Shown here: positions 8,373 through 18,627 of the stretch, piece after piece | Layout: the number at the start of each line of letters is the position of its first letter | Numbering within the stretch: position 1 is the first letter of the stretch | DNA from: Limisphaerales bacterium | Lineage (GTDB): Bacteria; Verrucomicrobiota; Verrucomicrobiia; Limisphaerales; JAJOIW01 | Direction: 5' to 3' | NCBI GenBank assembly: GCA_965657355.1 | Contig: CBFHOE010000006.1 | Span: forward strand, 47,217 to 111,216 | DNA: 64,000 nucleotides | Notes under the pieces: model-generated | Seen by the model: the letters and a program-made list of their open reading frames with translations, nothing else | Databases searched by the model: none | What the model was told of the DNA's origin: nothing | Program-made: the position numbers and the translations under genes

Positions 8373-10388
8373 CTAACCTCTATCGTCTTTATGCCTGACA
8401 ACGATCTCAGCAATCTCCGCGATTTTGACTCCTTTTTCATTTGGTCCTCCTGACTGCAGTTGGACATAAACTTCGTTTGGAGAAATTCTGGAGATCCTTT
8501 TAGCTGTGACGGTTTGTTTTGGGGTTTTAAAATCAATAAGTTGATTTGCCTCCGGGCCGCTGACGACAGTTCTGAAAAACGGAACAAAATTCTTTTCGAT
8601 AAATGAGCGTGTGATATCAACTTCTCCTCGCTTGAAGATTCTTTTTTGCCCTGGCTTCAATTCATTGCTGCTATTGTTAGTTGTTTTTGACCCAGCAGAT
8701 AAGGAGAGCCCTCCGCCTTCGGGCTCAGGCATAACAAAACCTTTGGGCGCGCCTATTCCCTTGTTTGTTTCGGCTGGGGTTTCAGCTGGCGTGTTATTTT
8801 CTTCATCTAGTTCGACTTCATCAGCGGGTTCTTCAGTAACGTAGTCCTCTGTATACTCGGTTTGAGTGGGTATGAAGTAGAATATCAAAGGAGCAATAAT
8901 AGGCATGACCGCCGAAGAGCCAGCAACGAGTGCGACGGGGTGGCTTCTGAATGCGGCAACTTCCATCGCCGTCCATATATTGCCCAAATAGATTAGGATC
9001 AAGAATCCCATCCCGATAGGAGTTAGAAAGAGAGATGCAATGAATCCCTTTTCAGACTTTGGTCTTGTCGCTTCATTGGCTTCAGCCAAACGGAGGTTTT
9101 TAATACCCGGACGAGCTCTAGGAATGTAGTCATTTACATAGGGTTTGGTGGCCTCAATTCTGTTAAACTCAATCAAAGTATCTAAATGCATTTCGCTCCA
9201 GTGGATTCTTTCAGAAAAGTTGCCACCATCTTGTTTGACAACCACACCAGAGTCCCAAAAGTCGATGATTTTGCCCTTAATGACCGTCATATTCACTAAT
9301 TTAACTTCAGATGGTAATCCTTGGACATCCGCGGCCCTGGTTGGGCCAGTTGGCAGCCCGCCATCGAGTCCTGCACCCGCGAACATGGATACCATTTCTT
9401 TGGGTAAGTCCATAGCCAGTGAAATTGTGTCACCTTCGGATGAAATTTGAAGTGCTTGCATCAGGCCAGCAGCAGAGTTAGGAGAGCCACCTTCTGCACC
9501 AGTCATAGTTTCCATTAGCGCGTTTAACTGCCCCTCAAGTGTGGACGCATCTTCAGTTGGAAATTGTAGTTTTGCGCGAATGCCCATGGCGCCGGACGAA
9601 GTATCTAAACCTAGCATCACATTACTGACCTCTGTAAATCCGACCAAAAGCGGCTTCATTAAAGGGGGAACATCCGACTCGTCTAGCGCTTTTTGCAAAG
9701 CACCTTCCGGAATTTTGAAAATAGCTGAGAAAGCAAGGTTAGCGGAATCCAGATCCATCAAATTGTTGCTATCTGAAAACGTGTCATTGCTTCCGCGATC
9801 TATGATCATTTTTATGAGCTCTTCATTTCCTGCGATGGCTGTGTTTGAATCAGGAAAAAAGAGTGGTGCTTCGAACCCCATGCTGGCACCAAGCTCCGTA
9901 TCTTTGCCAATCACGTAAAAGTTGGAGGACCCGTGTTCTTTTTGATCAAATTGAGAAACGGCGTCTTCCAGTTGAGCCGGGTCGATTTCACCTTCGAATG
10001 ATTCGACGTATACGAATTTTACAGTGGCGAGTTGAGTAAGATCATCGACAAGAGTCTCAGTTTCGAGGTCTTTTAAAAAATCCGATATGTTGTAAATGGC
10101 CAAAACTCCAGAACTCATTTGAGGAGCGTCTGTTCCCATCAATGTTTTCGCCAATCCCCCAGCTGCAGCGTCTGCTCCTTCAACAGGTATAGGAAGACCC
10201 AAGCCAGCAAACATTGATTCCAGTTGCCCGGCATCGAATCGGACGAGCACTTCTGGATCTGCAGGAAGATACTTCATCAATTCATTGTTTTGAGCTTTTC
10301 CGCTATAAACAATTGATAGAAATAGAGAGAAAACCAAAGCTGCGGCTTTGGAGGTCGACATTTTTAAAATTTTTTCAATAAATGACAT
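8373..10388 (-). CDS. Hypothetical membrane protein (signal peptide, large exported N-domain, 2-3 TM, acidic linker, cytoplasmic C-domain)
   Basis: 671-aa ORF with this hydropathy pattern. No family recognised. Confidence 0.7.
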   Translation of the reverse strand: MSFIEKILKMSTSKAAALVFSLFLSIVYSGKAQNNELMKYLPADPEVLVRFDAGQLESMFAGLGLPIPVEGADAAAGGLAKTLMGTDAPQMSSGVLAIYNISDFLKDLETETLVDDLTQLATVKFVYVESFEGEIDPAQLEDAVSQFDQKEHGSSNFYVIGKDTELGASMGFEAPLFFPDSNTAIAGNEELIKMIIDRGSNDTFSDSNNLMDLDSANLAFSAIFKIPEGALQKALDESDVPPLMKPLLVGFTEVSNVMLGLDTSSGAMGIRAKLQFPTEDASTLEGQLNALMETMTGAEGGSPNSAAGLMQALQISSEGDTISLAMDLPKEMVSMFAGAGLDGGLPTGPTRAADVQGLPSEVKLVNMTVIKGKIIDFWDSGVVVKQDGGNFSERIHWSEMHLDTLIEFNRIEATKPYVNDYIPRARPGIKNLRLAEANEATRPKSEKGFIASLFLTPIGMGFLILIYLGNIWTAMEVAAFRSHPVALVAGSSAVMPIIAPLIFYFIPTQTEYTEDYVTEEPADEVELDEENNTPAETPAETNKGIGAPKGFVMPEPEGGGLSLSAGSKTTNNSSNELKPGQKRIFKRGEVDITRSFIEKNFVPFFRTVVSGPEANQLIDFKTPKQTVTAKRISRISPNEVYVQLQSGGPNEKGVKIAEIAEIVVRHKDDRG

Positions 10389-10725
10389 CTCGCCAGAATA
10401 TTATTTTCCCTTTGAACTAGGTCGTGGGGACAGGTATTTTCGGAATTACTACGAAGAGAGCAAACCTATTTTGCAATTTTTTGCGTTTAAAGTCATAAAT
10501 TAGCGTATATCGCATTAAAACCCAAAACCTTATTCTGTGGATCTTAACGAAAGATGCGTTTGGTTTTTTTCAGACCAAAGCGCAAGATGAATAAAAACCT
10601 AGGATTGCCTTAATACGGGACAGTTCCCGCCGATAAGGGATATAAACAAATTAAGCAAAAAGAGTTTAAAACTTCTTTACTATAGGGTATAGGCTACCAA
10701 ATTTGGTAATTTAGTATCGATTGGC

Positions 10726-12663
10726 ATGAGCGCCTCAATTTTAAGTTTGTTAGATAATGAAATTTTGCGATCGGTGCCTCAAAGGAACGGAACGGTTCAA
10801 CCGTATTTCGAAGAAATATCCTCTATTTTAGATCCAATCCGATTAAATCGTGGGAATTTCATGGCGCGAAAACAATTGGTGGGCTTGGTAGGCCCGGGGA
10901 GATCTGGGAAATCGACATTGCTCAATGCGATTGTGGGATCTGAAATATCACCTATTGGAAGCGGATTTGAAACGACTTCAAGAGCTAGCATCGTAAAGTA
11001 TTCCAAAGAACCTGGAATCGAGGTGTATTTCGCGGATAAAACCCAAAACGCTCACACCATTCAGGAATATAGCGACTTAATACTGCCATTTATTTCTTTA
11101 ATACGAGGAACAACAAAGAATGGGAAAAATAATGAGAAGTTGCGGAAGCTTGAATGCCTTAATCTGGCTCTCTCCTCAGATAATCTGATCAAAGCTTTGG
11201 TTGGCCAATTTCAAAAGGAACCAGTTATGGTGATCATAAAAACACCGGAGTGGGTGCTTAAAACGGACCAACTGTGTTTTGTGGATTTCCCGGGACTGGA
11301 CGGTTTGAAACACAATTTTCAGAACAATCCAAGCGCTTACGCCTTATTAGGATTGTGTGATTTTCTCATATTGAACCAGAGCAATTTCTCATCTTTAGAT
11401 AAAAGTATGGTCTCCTTTGTGAGCAAAATGCTCAATTCGTGTGAAAAGCCCCCTGTCTGGTTTGTGCACAATAAGGTCGAGGCAAAATCGTGGAGATCAG
11501 AAGAGGAGCTTCTCAAAGAACTTGAAGAGATGGTTGAAGCATCGCATCAAATGATCAGTGAAGAACTCGATCTTGATAAACGAGATATTCCCATCAACAT
11601 AATCAACCTAGGGAAAGCACATGATGGCATTTTTTCATCCAGAGAGAATCTATTTCATGAATCTCAATTTGAAAATTTCGAAACTCATTTTATGGGGGAA
11701 ATTCATTCCATCAGGTTACAAAAACTTATGGAATCGAGCTCGGAAGCTTTGGAAAGATTACCCAAAGTTAAGTCGAAAATTGAAGCGGACGAATTAGAAT
11801 ACCAAAATAAGCTGAAGGTTATAAAAAAGGTAGAATCTGCCCTGAAAGCTCTCGCTGTGGACGAAAAGTCTGAGGATTTTGTATTTGATAAGAACGGACC
11901 TCTGGAGGTGGACAAAATTTTGGCACTTTTGAAATCTCTAATACAGAGCGACTTTGATTTCGCCGTCCATTCGATGAAAAAGCTGAGCGACAAAAAGAAA
12001 GACAAAATTCCTGCGACATCCGTGAATGCAAGGTTGGGCAATTTAATGACACAGGTGGAAGAGACAATCAATGGCTTCACATGGAGTAATTTCACCTTTT
12101 TGGCCGAAGAATACTGCAGCGTGTTGAACGACCTTTCTTCCTCTGCGGAATCCGCTTGGATTATGGAATCGAACCACCACCTGAGGAACATTGGGTTGAA
12201 AGAGCTACGGCTAAAAGATTCCTGGCATTCCGAAGATCTAGTCACCATACCCTTTGGCAAAATTGATTGGAACCCAGTCAAAAAGATTAAGAAAATATTT
12301 GGTCTCCTCCCATGGCCAAAATCCTACAGCTATGACTTTCTCAAAGACCACATCGAGGGCCATTTATTTGATAAATTAATGGAACAAAATGTGAGAGCGC
12401 TGGATGAGTGGCGTGAAATGATACGTGATAAGTTTTTAAAAAAAATCACGATTGAGAGGAAGAACGCATACCTTCGTAATTTGAGTAATATACATGATGA
12501 CCTTATCAAAGAATCAGAACAGATAAAAACGAGATGTAATGAAAGCATAGAAGTGATCGATTTTATTCAAAGCAGGCTGCAATCAGTGCATTCCATGGCA
12601 GAATCAGAGCTTTCAATGCTAAAAAGCAAAAAATGGTCCTCTAAAATGTTAAGATCCAAATAG
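10726..12663 (+). CDS. Dynamin-like GTPase
   Basis: G1 GPGRSGKST, G2 ETT, G3 DFPG, G4 NKVE, then a long helical coiled-coil C-terminal half with a short hydrophobic patch (IFGLLPWP). Confidence 0.8.
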   Translation: MSASILSLLDNEILRSVPQRNGTVQPYFEEISSILDPIRLNRGNFMARKQLVGLVGPGRSGKSTLLNAIVGSEISPIGSGFETTSRASIVKYSKEPGIEVYFADKTQNAHTIQEYSDLILPFISLIRGTTKNGKNNEKLRKLECLNLALSSDNLIKALVGQFQKEPVMVIIKTPEWVLKTDQLCFVDFPGLDGLKHNFQNNPSAYALLGLCDFLILNQSNFSSLDKSMVSFVSKMLNSCEKPPVWFVHNKVEAKSWRSEEELLKELEEMVEASHQMISEELDLDKRDIPINIINLGKAHDGIFSSRENLFHESQFENFETHFMGEIHSIRLQKLMESSSEALERLPKVKSKIEADELEYQNKLKVIKKVESALKALAVDEKSEDFVFDKNGPLEVDKILALLKSLIQSDFDFAVHSMKKLSDKKKDKIPATSVNARLGNLMTQVEETINGFTWSNFTFLAEEYCSVLNDLSSSAESAWIMESNHHLRNIGLKELRLKDSWHSEDLVTIPFGKIDWNPVKKIKKIFGLLPWPKSYSYDFLKDHIEGHLFDKLMEQNVRALDEWREMIRDKFLKKITIERKNAYLRNLSNIHDDLIKESEQIKTRCNESIEVIDFIQSRLQSVHSMAESELSMLKSKKWSSKMLRSK

Positions 12664-12758
12664 GCTTTCGATAAAAAGTAGCGAAAATCCTCCTAAAACA
12701 TCAAATCTGACTGCTTGTAGCCACATTTATGTCGTTTTTGTCTCAAATTCACAGGGGC

Positions 12759-12791
12759 GCCACATATGTGTAACAATTGCGGGGTTATCGT
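12759..12791 (+). promoter_or_regulatory. Candidate Pho box plus -10 element
   Basis: GCCACA-N5-GTAACA half-sites at 11-bp spacing (12759-12775), then 10 nt, then TATCGT (12786-12791). A weaker pair starts at 12720. The site is upstream of the unit containing phoBR. Confidence 0.45.
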
Positions 12792-12806
12792 TTCATTTGG
12801 TAGCTG

Positions 12807-13376
12807 ATGAAATCTGTTTATGATCGAAATGAACCCTGCAGCTGTTATGCTGGACATATTAAGATTCCAGAGTCACTAAGTGACTGGTTTGGCTATCGGG
12901 AGCTCTTGGATAATATCCTCCATTTATGTCTACCCCAATCGATATCAAAAAATAACCCCAGTCGAGCATACTACTCACGGGCGCATGGTTTGAATCTTTT
13001 GAATGTCGAAAAATTGACATTATCCAAAATGTTAGTTCCATCGATATTGGTTTATTCTTATTGCACTGGACAATACTCCAGCACCGATATCATCAAAAAT
13101 AGTAGTAAAGACGAAGGGCTGACACTTTTGCTGAATTCAACGTCTATTACGGATGTGGACCTCAGGAATTTTCGACGAGTTTTCAGAGAAGATTTTACCT
13201 GCAAATTATACGAGACTTTGTTAATGCTTTTTTTGAAATACCAATGTGACTCAAGTCTTTCAAATCGTCTTGATGGTTCAGTAATTCCTGGTTCCTTCAA
13301 AAAGAACATACGAGCATTAGCTGTCGAAAGGGTCCAGAGGGGAATACTAATGGACCACATGTTTTTGGATAATTAA
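12807..13376 (+). CDS. Protein resembling the DUF772 (IS5/IS1182 transposase N-terminal) domain, without a DDE domain
   Basis: 'ILVYSYCTGQYSSTDI...DVDLRNFRRVF' resembles the DUF772 pattern LLYxYxxGxxSSRxI...PDxxTIxxFRxR. Confidence 0.5.
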   Translation: MKSVYDRNEPCSCYAGHIKIPESLSDWFGYRELLDNILHLCLPQSISKNNPSRAYYSRAHGLNLLNVEKLTLSKMLVPSILVYSYCTGQYSSTDIIKNSSKDEGLTLLLNSTSITDVDLRNFRRVFREDFTCKLYETLLMLFLKYQCDSSLSNRLDGSVIPGSFKKNIRALAVERVQRGILMDHMFLDN

Positions 13377-13414
13377 TCTCAGATAATGAGAAGAGTTTGA
13401 TTGCATAATTTATC

Positions 13415-14110
13415 ATGAGTAATAAAAAGCCGCGTATTCTGATTGTTGATGACGAACCAGATGCCATTGAACTCATTAAGTTCAATATGGAGGAATCGGG
13501 CTACCATATCGTGACCGCTTCAAATGGACGGAAGGCTCTTGATGAAATCAAAAAAGATGCCCCGGATTTGGTTGTTCTCGACCTCATGTTGCCTGAAGTA
13601 GATGGCATAGAAGTTTGCAAAATCATACGCAGAAACGCAGAAACCAGTGACCTCCCAATCATCATGCTAACAGCAAAAGCAGCTGAAATTGATCGAGTCT
13701 TGGGTCTGGAGCTCGGCGCAGATGATTACATGACAAAACCTTTTAGTCCTCGTGAACTTATTCTTAGAGTAAAGAATTTATTGAAAAGAAGGGCTGCCCA
13801 ATCTGAGGAAAAAGAAACACTTCGATGCGGCGATTTATTTGTCGACATACCTAGACACGCCGTCAGTGTGGAAAAAAAGTCAGTCGATCTTACCGCCACC
13901 GAATTTAATCTTCTCACAATACTTATGCAGCGGAAGGGTAGAGTCCAAACAAGAGAACGCCTCCTGCAAGATGTTTGGGATTATGATTCATTAGTTGATA
14001 CAAGGACCGTGGACACTCATGTTCGCCGGCTGAGAGAAAAGCTGGGCTCAGCCGCCAAATATTTGGATACTGTTAGAGGAGTGGGGTATCGCTTTTCTGA
14101 CGAGTCTTGA
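13415..14110 (+). CDS. phoB: OmpR-family response regulator, PhoB/PhoP type
   Basis: Receiver motifs DDE, LDLMLP, MLTAK, GADDYMTKPFS. Winged helix 'RTVDTHVRRLREKL...TVRGVGYRF'. Paired with a PhoR-like kinase. Confidence 0.85.
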   Translation: MSNKKPRILIVDDEPDAIELIKFNMEESGYHIVTASNGRKALDEIKKDAPDLVVLDLMLPEVDGIEVCKIIRRNAETSDLPIIMLTAKAAEIDRVLGLELGADDYMTKPFSPRELILRVKNLLKRRAAQSEEKETLRCGDLFVDIPRHAVSVEKKSVDLTATEFNLLTILMQRKGRVQTRERLLQDVWDYDSLVDTRTVDTHVRRLREKLGSAAKYLDTVRGVGYRFSDES

Positions 14111-14178
14111 AAAGTCTGCCAGACTTTCCCGAGGAAATAAGCCCACCGTTTTTCTTTCACTCACAGTAATTATGCTCG

Positions 14179-15393
14179 TTGCATATGCCTGAACCTGTCG
14201 CATACACCATCATTTTTTTGCTCTGCGCATTGTCTGCGGTGCTGGTCGCACTGCTAATAAAATTTAAACGCGATGTAGCTTGCCTTGCCAAATCCGAGCC
14301 TACCTCTTTTGAGAATGAGGCCCTAGCAGCAGACCAACGCCAAGACGAAGGCAAAGATGAGGTGTCTAGAATAGACAGGTTAGGAGTCCTCGACAGCTTG
14401 GTCGATGGTGTCATATTGTTGAATGGAGAGGATAGAATTGCGTTTGTAAATAAATCAATGGAGGAGCTGCTTCCGTCTGGAAATAATATCCTTGGGCTCA
14501 CCATGTTGGAAGCCTTTCGATCCAAAGAATTGGCGGACCTTGTACAGATGATTCATGAGAAAAAATCTGTCAGTCAATACGACTACAAAGAGCATGGAAT
14601 CCAAGATAGAGTCTTTAGAATAAATGGAGCTATCAGTAAATCAAACAACAGTAGCTCAGAATACATGACACTGGTTTTTCACGACCTGACTCTGACCCAT
14701 CAATATGAGCGACAAAGACAAGATTTTGTCGCAAACGTGAGTCATGAATTACGAACGCCCTTGTCTATGATTTCTGGCTATGTGGAGACTCTGATAAATG
14801 GAGCAAAAGAAAACCCCGAGACTTTAGACAAATTTCTCCAAATTATAGAAAAGCACACGAATAGACTCACTTGGTTGATCGAAGACCTATTGACAATCTC
14901 GTCCCTAGAATCGGGCGGTATTACGCTCTCAATGCAAAGGTGCTCTGTAGAGAGTTCGATAAATCAGGCTTTGGATGAATTACGAGAGAAAGCTTCGCAT
15001 AGGAAAATTTCCTTCAATCTATCGGTAGATCCTGATCTCTCAGTAAATGCAGATTTGGGAAGGCTCCATCAGATCTTCATCAACCTCATAGACAACGCCA
15101 TCAAATATGGTCTACCCAATAGCCCTATCAATATTTCCGTAACTTTAGATCCCGATTCAAATTACTTACATTTTATTATTAATAATCGAGGGCCTGTGAT
15201 ACCAGTCGAGGTCAGGGAACGAATTTTTGAACGCTTTTTCAGAATCGATGCCGCCAGAAGCAGAGAACAAGGAGGAACAGGCTTGGGCTTGGCGATCGTA
15301 AAACACTTGGTCCAGCTCCATAATGGAAGTGTTGCTGTCGATTCCTCCGCCGAAAAAGGGACTACTTTCTCATTTCTCATACCCAATTCATAA
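14179..15393 (+). CDS. phoR: Sensor histidine kinase, PhoR type
   Basis: TM segment, PAS-like region, H-box 'DFVANVSHELRTPL', N-box 'NLIDNAIKY', and 'FERFFRIDAARSREQGGTGLGLAIVKH'. Confidence 0.88.
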   Translation: MHMPEPVAYTIIFLLCALSAVLVALLIKFKRDVACLAKSEPTSFENEALAADQRQDEGKDEVSRIDRLGVLDSLVDGVILLNGEDRIAFVNKSMEELLPSGNNILGLTMLEAFRSKELADLVQMIHEKKSVSQYDYKEHGIQDRVFRINGAISKSNNSSSEYMTLVFHDLTLTHQYERQRQDFVANVSHELRTPLSMISGYVETLINGAKENPETLDKFLQIIEKHTNRLTWLIEDLLTISSLESGGITLSMQRCSVESSINQALDELREKASHRKISFNLSVDPDLSVNADLGRLHQIFINLIDNAIKYGLPNSPINISVTLDPDSNYLHFIINNRGPVIPVEVRERIFERFFRIDAARSREQGGTGLGLAIVKHLVQLHNGSVAVDSSAEKGTTFSFLIPNS

Positions 15394-15483
15394 TTAAAGA
15401 TCACATACGCTTCAAATTTGACGGTTGCGAAATTGATACGTGTAAGTATTATTTAGAGGAATCTAATTAAAAACCGGAAAATT

Positions 15484-16614
15484 ATGACGAAATATGGGTC
15501 TTTTGTTTGGGTATTAATGGCAATATGCGCCACTACATTCAATGGGGGTGCTGCAACCAAAGGAAGTTGGCCAGTATTCCAGGGATCACAAGACTTAAGC
15601 GGAGCAACCTCAATTGAATTTCCCAAGAATCTTGAGCAAGCATGGAAATTTAACACAGGCTCTGAAGTCAAGGCATCCGCCATAATCCACAACGAAAAAG
15701 CCTATATTGGCTCAACAAACGGTAAATTCTTCTCTTTGGATATAAAAAATGGAGTGAAGGATTGGGAATTTGATGCGGAAGCGGCGATATTCGCGAGCGC
15801 GTTGTATTTGGACGGGATGGTATACGTTGCTGCTGGAGATGGGTTTGTTTACGGGTTGGAGGCTGACACCGGAAAGCAGGTCTGGAAATTTGAGACCTTC
15901 GACAAAATAAATGGTTCAGTAAATTGGACATATGCGAAGGACAAAAAGACAAAACAAGTGCTGGTTGGCAGCCACGATTTTTTCCTATACGCACTAGATC
16001 CGAAAACCGGCAAAAAGATTTGGGACTACGAATGTGAGAGTTACATTAATGGCACACCAGCTATTTCTGGCAACACCACTGCCTTTGGAGGGTGTGATGC
16101 CATTCTGCATGTCGTGGACCCGAGCTCAGGAAAAAAGATAAACCAACTGGAGGCTGGTTCGATTGTCGTTGCTAGCGTCGCCATCAAAGATGGAGTTGCC
16201 TATTACGGGCATCAAATGAATGCCTTCTTAGCAACAGACTTAAAAACAGGGGAAAAAATCTGGGAGTATTCGGGCAGAAATTTTCCATTTGAAGGGAGTC
16301 CTGCGATTACAGATAATGATGTTATATTTGGGGGTGGAGACAAAAGAATCCATTGCCTAAACAGGAAAACAGGGAAAGTTCAGTGGAAGTTTCGAACCCG
16401 AGGAAGAGTTTTAGCGTCTCCGGTAGTCAGCGGTAACCTTGTCCTTTGTGGATCAAATGACGGGAGATTCTACGCGATAGACCTCAAATCGGGCGAAGAA
16501 ACTTGGTCATATGAGATTGGTGATGGTATCGAAAGTTCAGCAGCCATCGTCCAAAACAGAATCATAATTGGTTGTGATGACGGAAATGTTTATGCATTCC
16601 AGCCCAAAAAATAA
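15484..16614 (+). CDS. Secreted PQQ-binding-like (BamB-like) beta-propeller protein
   Basis: Signal peptide and 'WPVFQG', then about 8 repeats of 'ALDxKTGKxxW'. Confidence 0.88.
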   Translation: MTKYGSFVWVLMAICATTFNGGAATKGSWPVFQGSQDLSGATSIEFPKNLEQAWKFNTGSEVKASAIIHNEKAYIGSTNGKFFSLDIKNGVKDWEFDAEAAIFASALYLDGMVYVAAGDGFVYGLEADTGKQVWKFETFDKINGSVNWTYAKDKKTKQVLVGSHDFFLYALDPKTGKKIWDYECESYINGTPAISGNTTAFGGCDAILHVVDPSSGKKINQLEAGSIVVASVAIKDGVAYYGHQMNAFLATDLKTGEKIWEYSGRNFPFEGSPAITDNDVIFGGGDKRIHCLNRKTGKVQWKFRTRGRVLASPVVSGNLVLCGSNDGRFYAIDLKSGEETWSYEIGDGIESSAAIVQNRIIIGCDDGNVYAFQPKK

Positions 16615-16617
16615 AAT

Positions 16618-17982
16618 TTGAAAATGAGTGACACGACAGCATCAGCTCCTTTGGGAGAAGCTAAACAGACATCGGCAAAGACAAATGATACAACTGTAGG
16701 AAACTATTTTGTTTCCAATTATCCCCCCTACTCTTTTTGGACGCCTGACAAAGCGAATGACCTTGAGACTGCGATTCAGACTCCACCTGATGCAAACACT
16801 CCGCTTGGACTTTATGTTCACATCCCCTTCTGCAGAAAGCGTTGCCACTTCTGTTACTTTCGGGTTTATACCGATAAGGATGCGACGGCGATTCGTGGGT
16901 ATATCAATGCCACACTCAATGAACTTGATTACTACATGGGGAAACCTTTTTTGGGTGATAGAAAATTAGATTTTGTTTATTTCGGCGGCGGCACACCTTC
17001 TTACCTTTCACCAAATCAATTGCGGGAACTCACTGACGGGTTGAAAGAAAGACTCCCTTGGGATGACGCCAGAGAGATTACTCTGGAATGTGAACCAGGT
17101 ACACTCAATGAAAAAAAGCTTCAAGCCATCAGAGATATTGGAATCACTCGTCTAAGTCTTGGCGTAGAAAATTTTGATGACCATATTCTAGGCCTAAACG
17201 GGAGAGCTCATCGGTCTAAGGAAATTGAAAAAGCTTATAATTTCGCCAAGAATATAGGCTTCCCACAAATCAATATTGATTTGATTGCAGGAATGCTCGA
17301 GGAAACTGAAGAGAACTGGCAGAGAAATATTGATAAGGTGTTGGAGTTGCAACCCGACTGCGTCACCATCTACCAAATGGAGGTGCCTTACAACACGACC
17401 ATTTACAAAGATATGAAGGCACAAGGCAAGTTAGTAGCTCCAGTTGCAGACTGGGAAACTAAGCGAAGATGGGTTTCTGAGGCCTTTGATAGGTTGGCAA
17501 ATGAAGGAGACTACGAGGTAACTAGCGCCTACACCGCAGTAAGAAATAAAGAAAAGACAACATTCGTCTACAGAGATCAATTGTGGGCTGGAGCGGATCT
17601 TTTGTCACTAGGAGTCGCAAGCTTTGGCCACATAGGTGGCGTGCATTACCAGAATCAGCATGACTTTGAACCATACATAAAAAAAATAAATACAAACCAA
17701 AGCCCGGTTTTCAGAACACAGAAACCAAGCGGAGAAGAAAAGTTGATACGAGAATTCATCCTGCAGATGAAACTTGGAAAGCTCGATTTCACTTACTTCG
17801 ACAATAAATTTGGAACCGATACCAAATCAAAATTTGCCGAACCGCTGAAGACGATCAGCGACTGGGGATATGCCTCAATTGACGGCAACCAACTGAATTT
17901 AAATAGGGAAGGGTTGCTTCAAGTCGACAGACTCTTAAAAGAGTTTTTTCTGCCGGAGCACCAAAATCAAAGATACGCTTGA
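16618..17982 (+). CDS. HemN-like (class C) radical SAM enzyme
   Basis: 'LYVHIPFCRKRCHFCYF' CxxxCxxC, 'FGGGTPS', 'RLSLGVE' and 'NIDLIAG'. The N-terminus reads 'GNYFVSNYPPYSFW' rather than HemN's PRYTSYP. Confidence 0.9.
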   Translation: MKMSDTTASAPLGEAKQTSAKTNDTTVGNYFVSNYPPYSFWTPDKANDLETAIQTPPDANTPLGLYVHIPFCRKRCHFCYFRVYTDKDATAIRGYINATLNELDYYMGKPFLGDRKLDFVYFGGGTPSYLSPNQLRELTDGLKERLPWDDAREITLECEPGTLNEKKLQAIRDIGITRLSLGVENFDDHILGLNGRAHRSKEIEKAYNFAKNIGFPQINIDLIAGMLEETEENWQRNIDKVLELQPDCVTIYQMEVPYNTTIYKDMKAQGKLVAPVADWETKRRWVSEAFDRLANEGDYEVTSAYTAVRNKEKTTFVYRDQLWAGADLLSLGVASFGHIGGVHYQNQHDFEPYIKKINTNQSPVFRTQKPSGEEKLIREFILQMKLGKLDFTYFDNKFGTDTKSKFAEPLKTISDWGYASIDGNQLNLNREGLLQVDRLLKEFFLPEHQNQRYA

Positions 17983-18013
17983 GCAAATAATTGACTCTCC
18001 CCGGCATACGATT

Positions 18014-18607
18014 ATGGAATCCCCTTTACCAAATTCAAGTCTCTCAAACTTAGAAAAGGTGGACCATAGGAGCTTTGCCTACCCTTTGGATGGGTTATAC
18101 AATTATTATAATTATCCCATCCCAGAATTCACCAGAATCGATAAAGATGCCCTCCCCAGCCCCTATCATTCTCTCCTTGCGCATGAAGATGATATGACCC
18201 CGACACTAGAGGACTTTCACAAGGAAAAAATTTGGATCCGGCCTGAAGCACGCTACCTAGATGGTTGTTTTTATTTCAGAGAAGTGATTCTGTACCTTGA
18301 AAAATCACTCAAGCCGGTAGAGTTTGGTGCTATAGTGATTCATCTTGAAAACTGCTCTGAAGAAGCGCGCCAATCAATTTTAGAAGCAAGAAAGCCATTG
18401 GGAACCTTAATGTATGAATTTAATATTCCCCACTTAAGTAAGCCTATTGGCTACTTCAAGGTCCGATCTGACGAGCTCATAGCCAGAAGGCTAGAAATAC
18501 CAGAATCGAAAACAACATATGGAAGGCGAAACGAGCTACTCACCCCGGAGGGTGCTTGTTTAGCAGAGATAGTAGAAATTTTACCGGGCGATGATGCCAA
18601 CTCTTAA
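18014..18607 (+). CDS. Chorismate pyruvate-lyase (UbiC)-fold protein
   Basis: 'LLAHEDDMTPTLE', 'REVIL', 'KPLGTLM', 'YGRR' and 'EIVEIL' fall in the order of the UbiC-fold motifs. Confidence 0.6.
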   Translation: MESPLPNSSLSNLEKVDHRSFAYPLDGLYNYYNYPIPEFTRIDKDALPSPYHSLLAHEDDMTPTLEDFHKEKIWIRPEARYLDGCFYFREVILYLEKSLKPVEFGAIVIHLENCSEEARQSILEARKPLGTLMYEFNIPHLSKPIGYFKVRSDELIARRLEIPESKTTYGRRNELLTPEGACLAEIVEILPGDDANS

Positions 18608-18627
18608 ACCCCTAATTTAACCAAAAA

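Noticed and set aside
12807..13376. Active IS element
   Set aside because: No DDE catalytic domain, terminal inverted repeats or target duplication seen.
16618..17982. Calling this gene hemN
   Set aside because: It lacks the HemN PRYTSYP N-terminal motif and has no heme-pathway context, so only a family-level call is supported.
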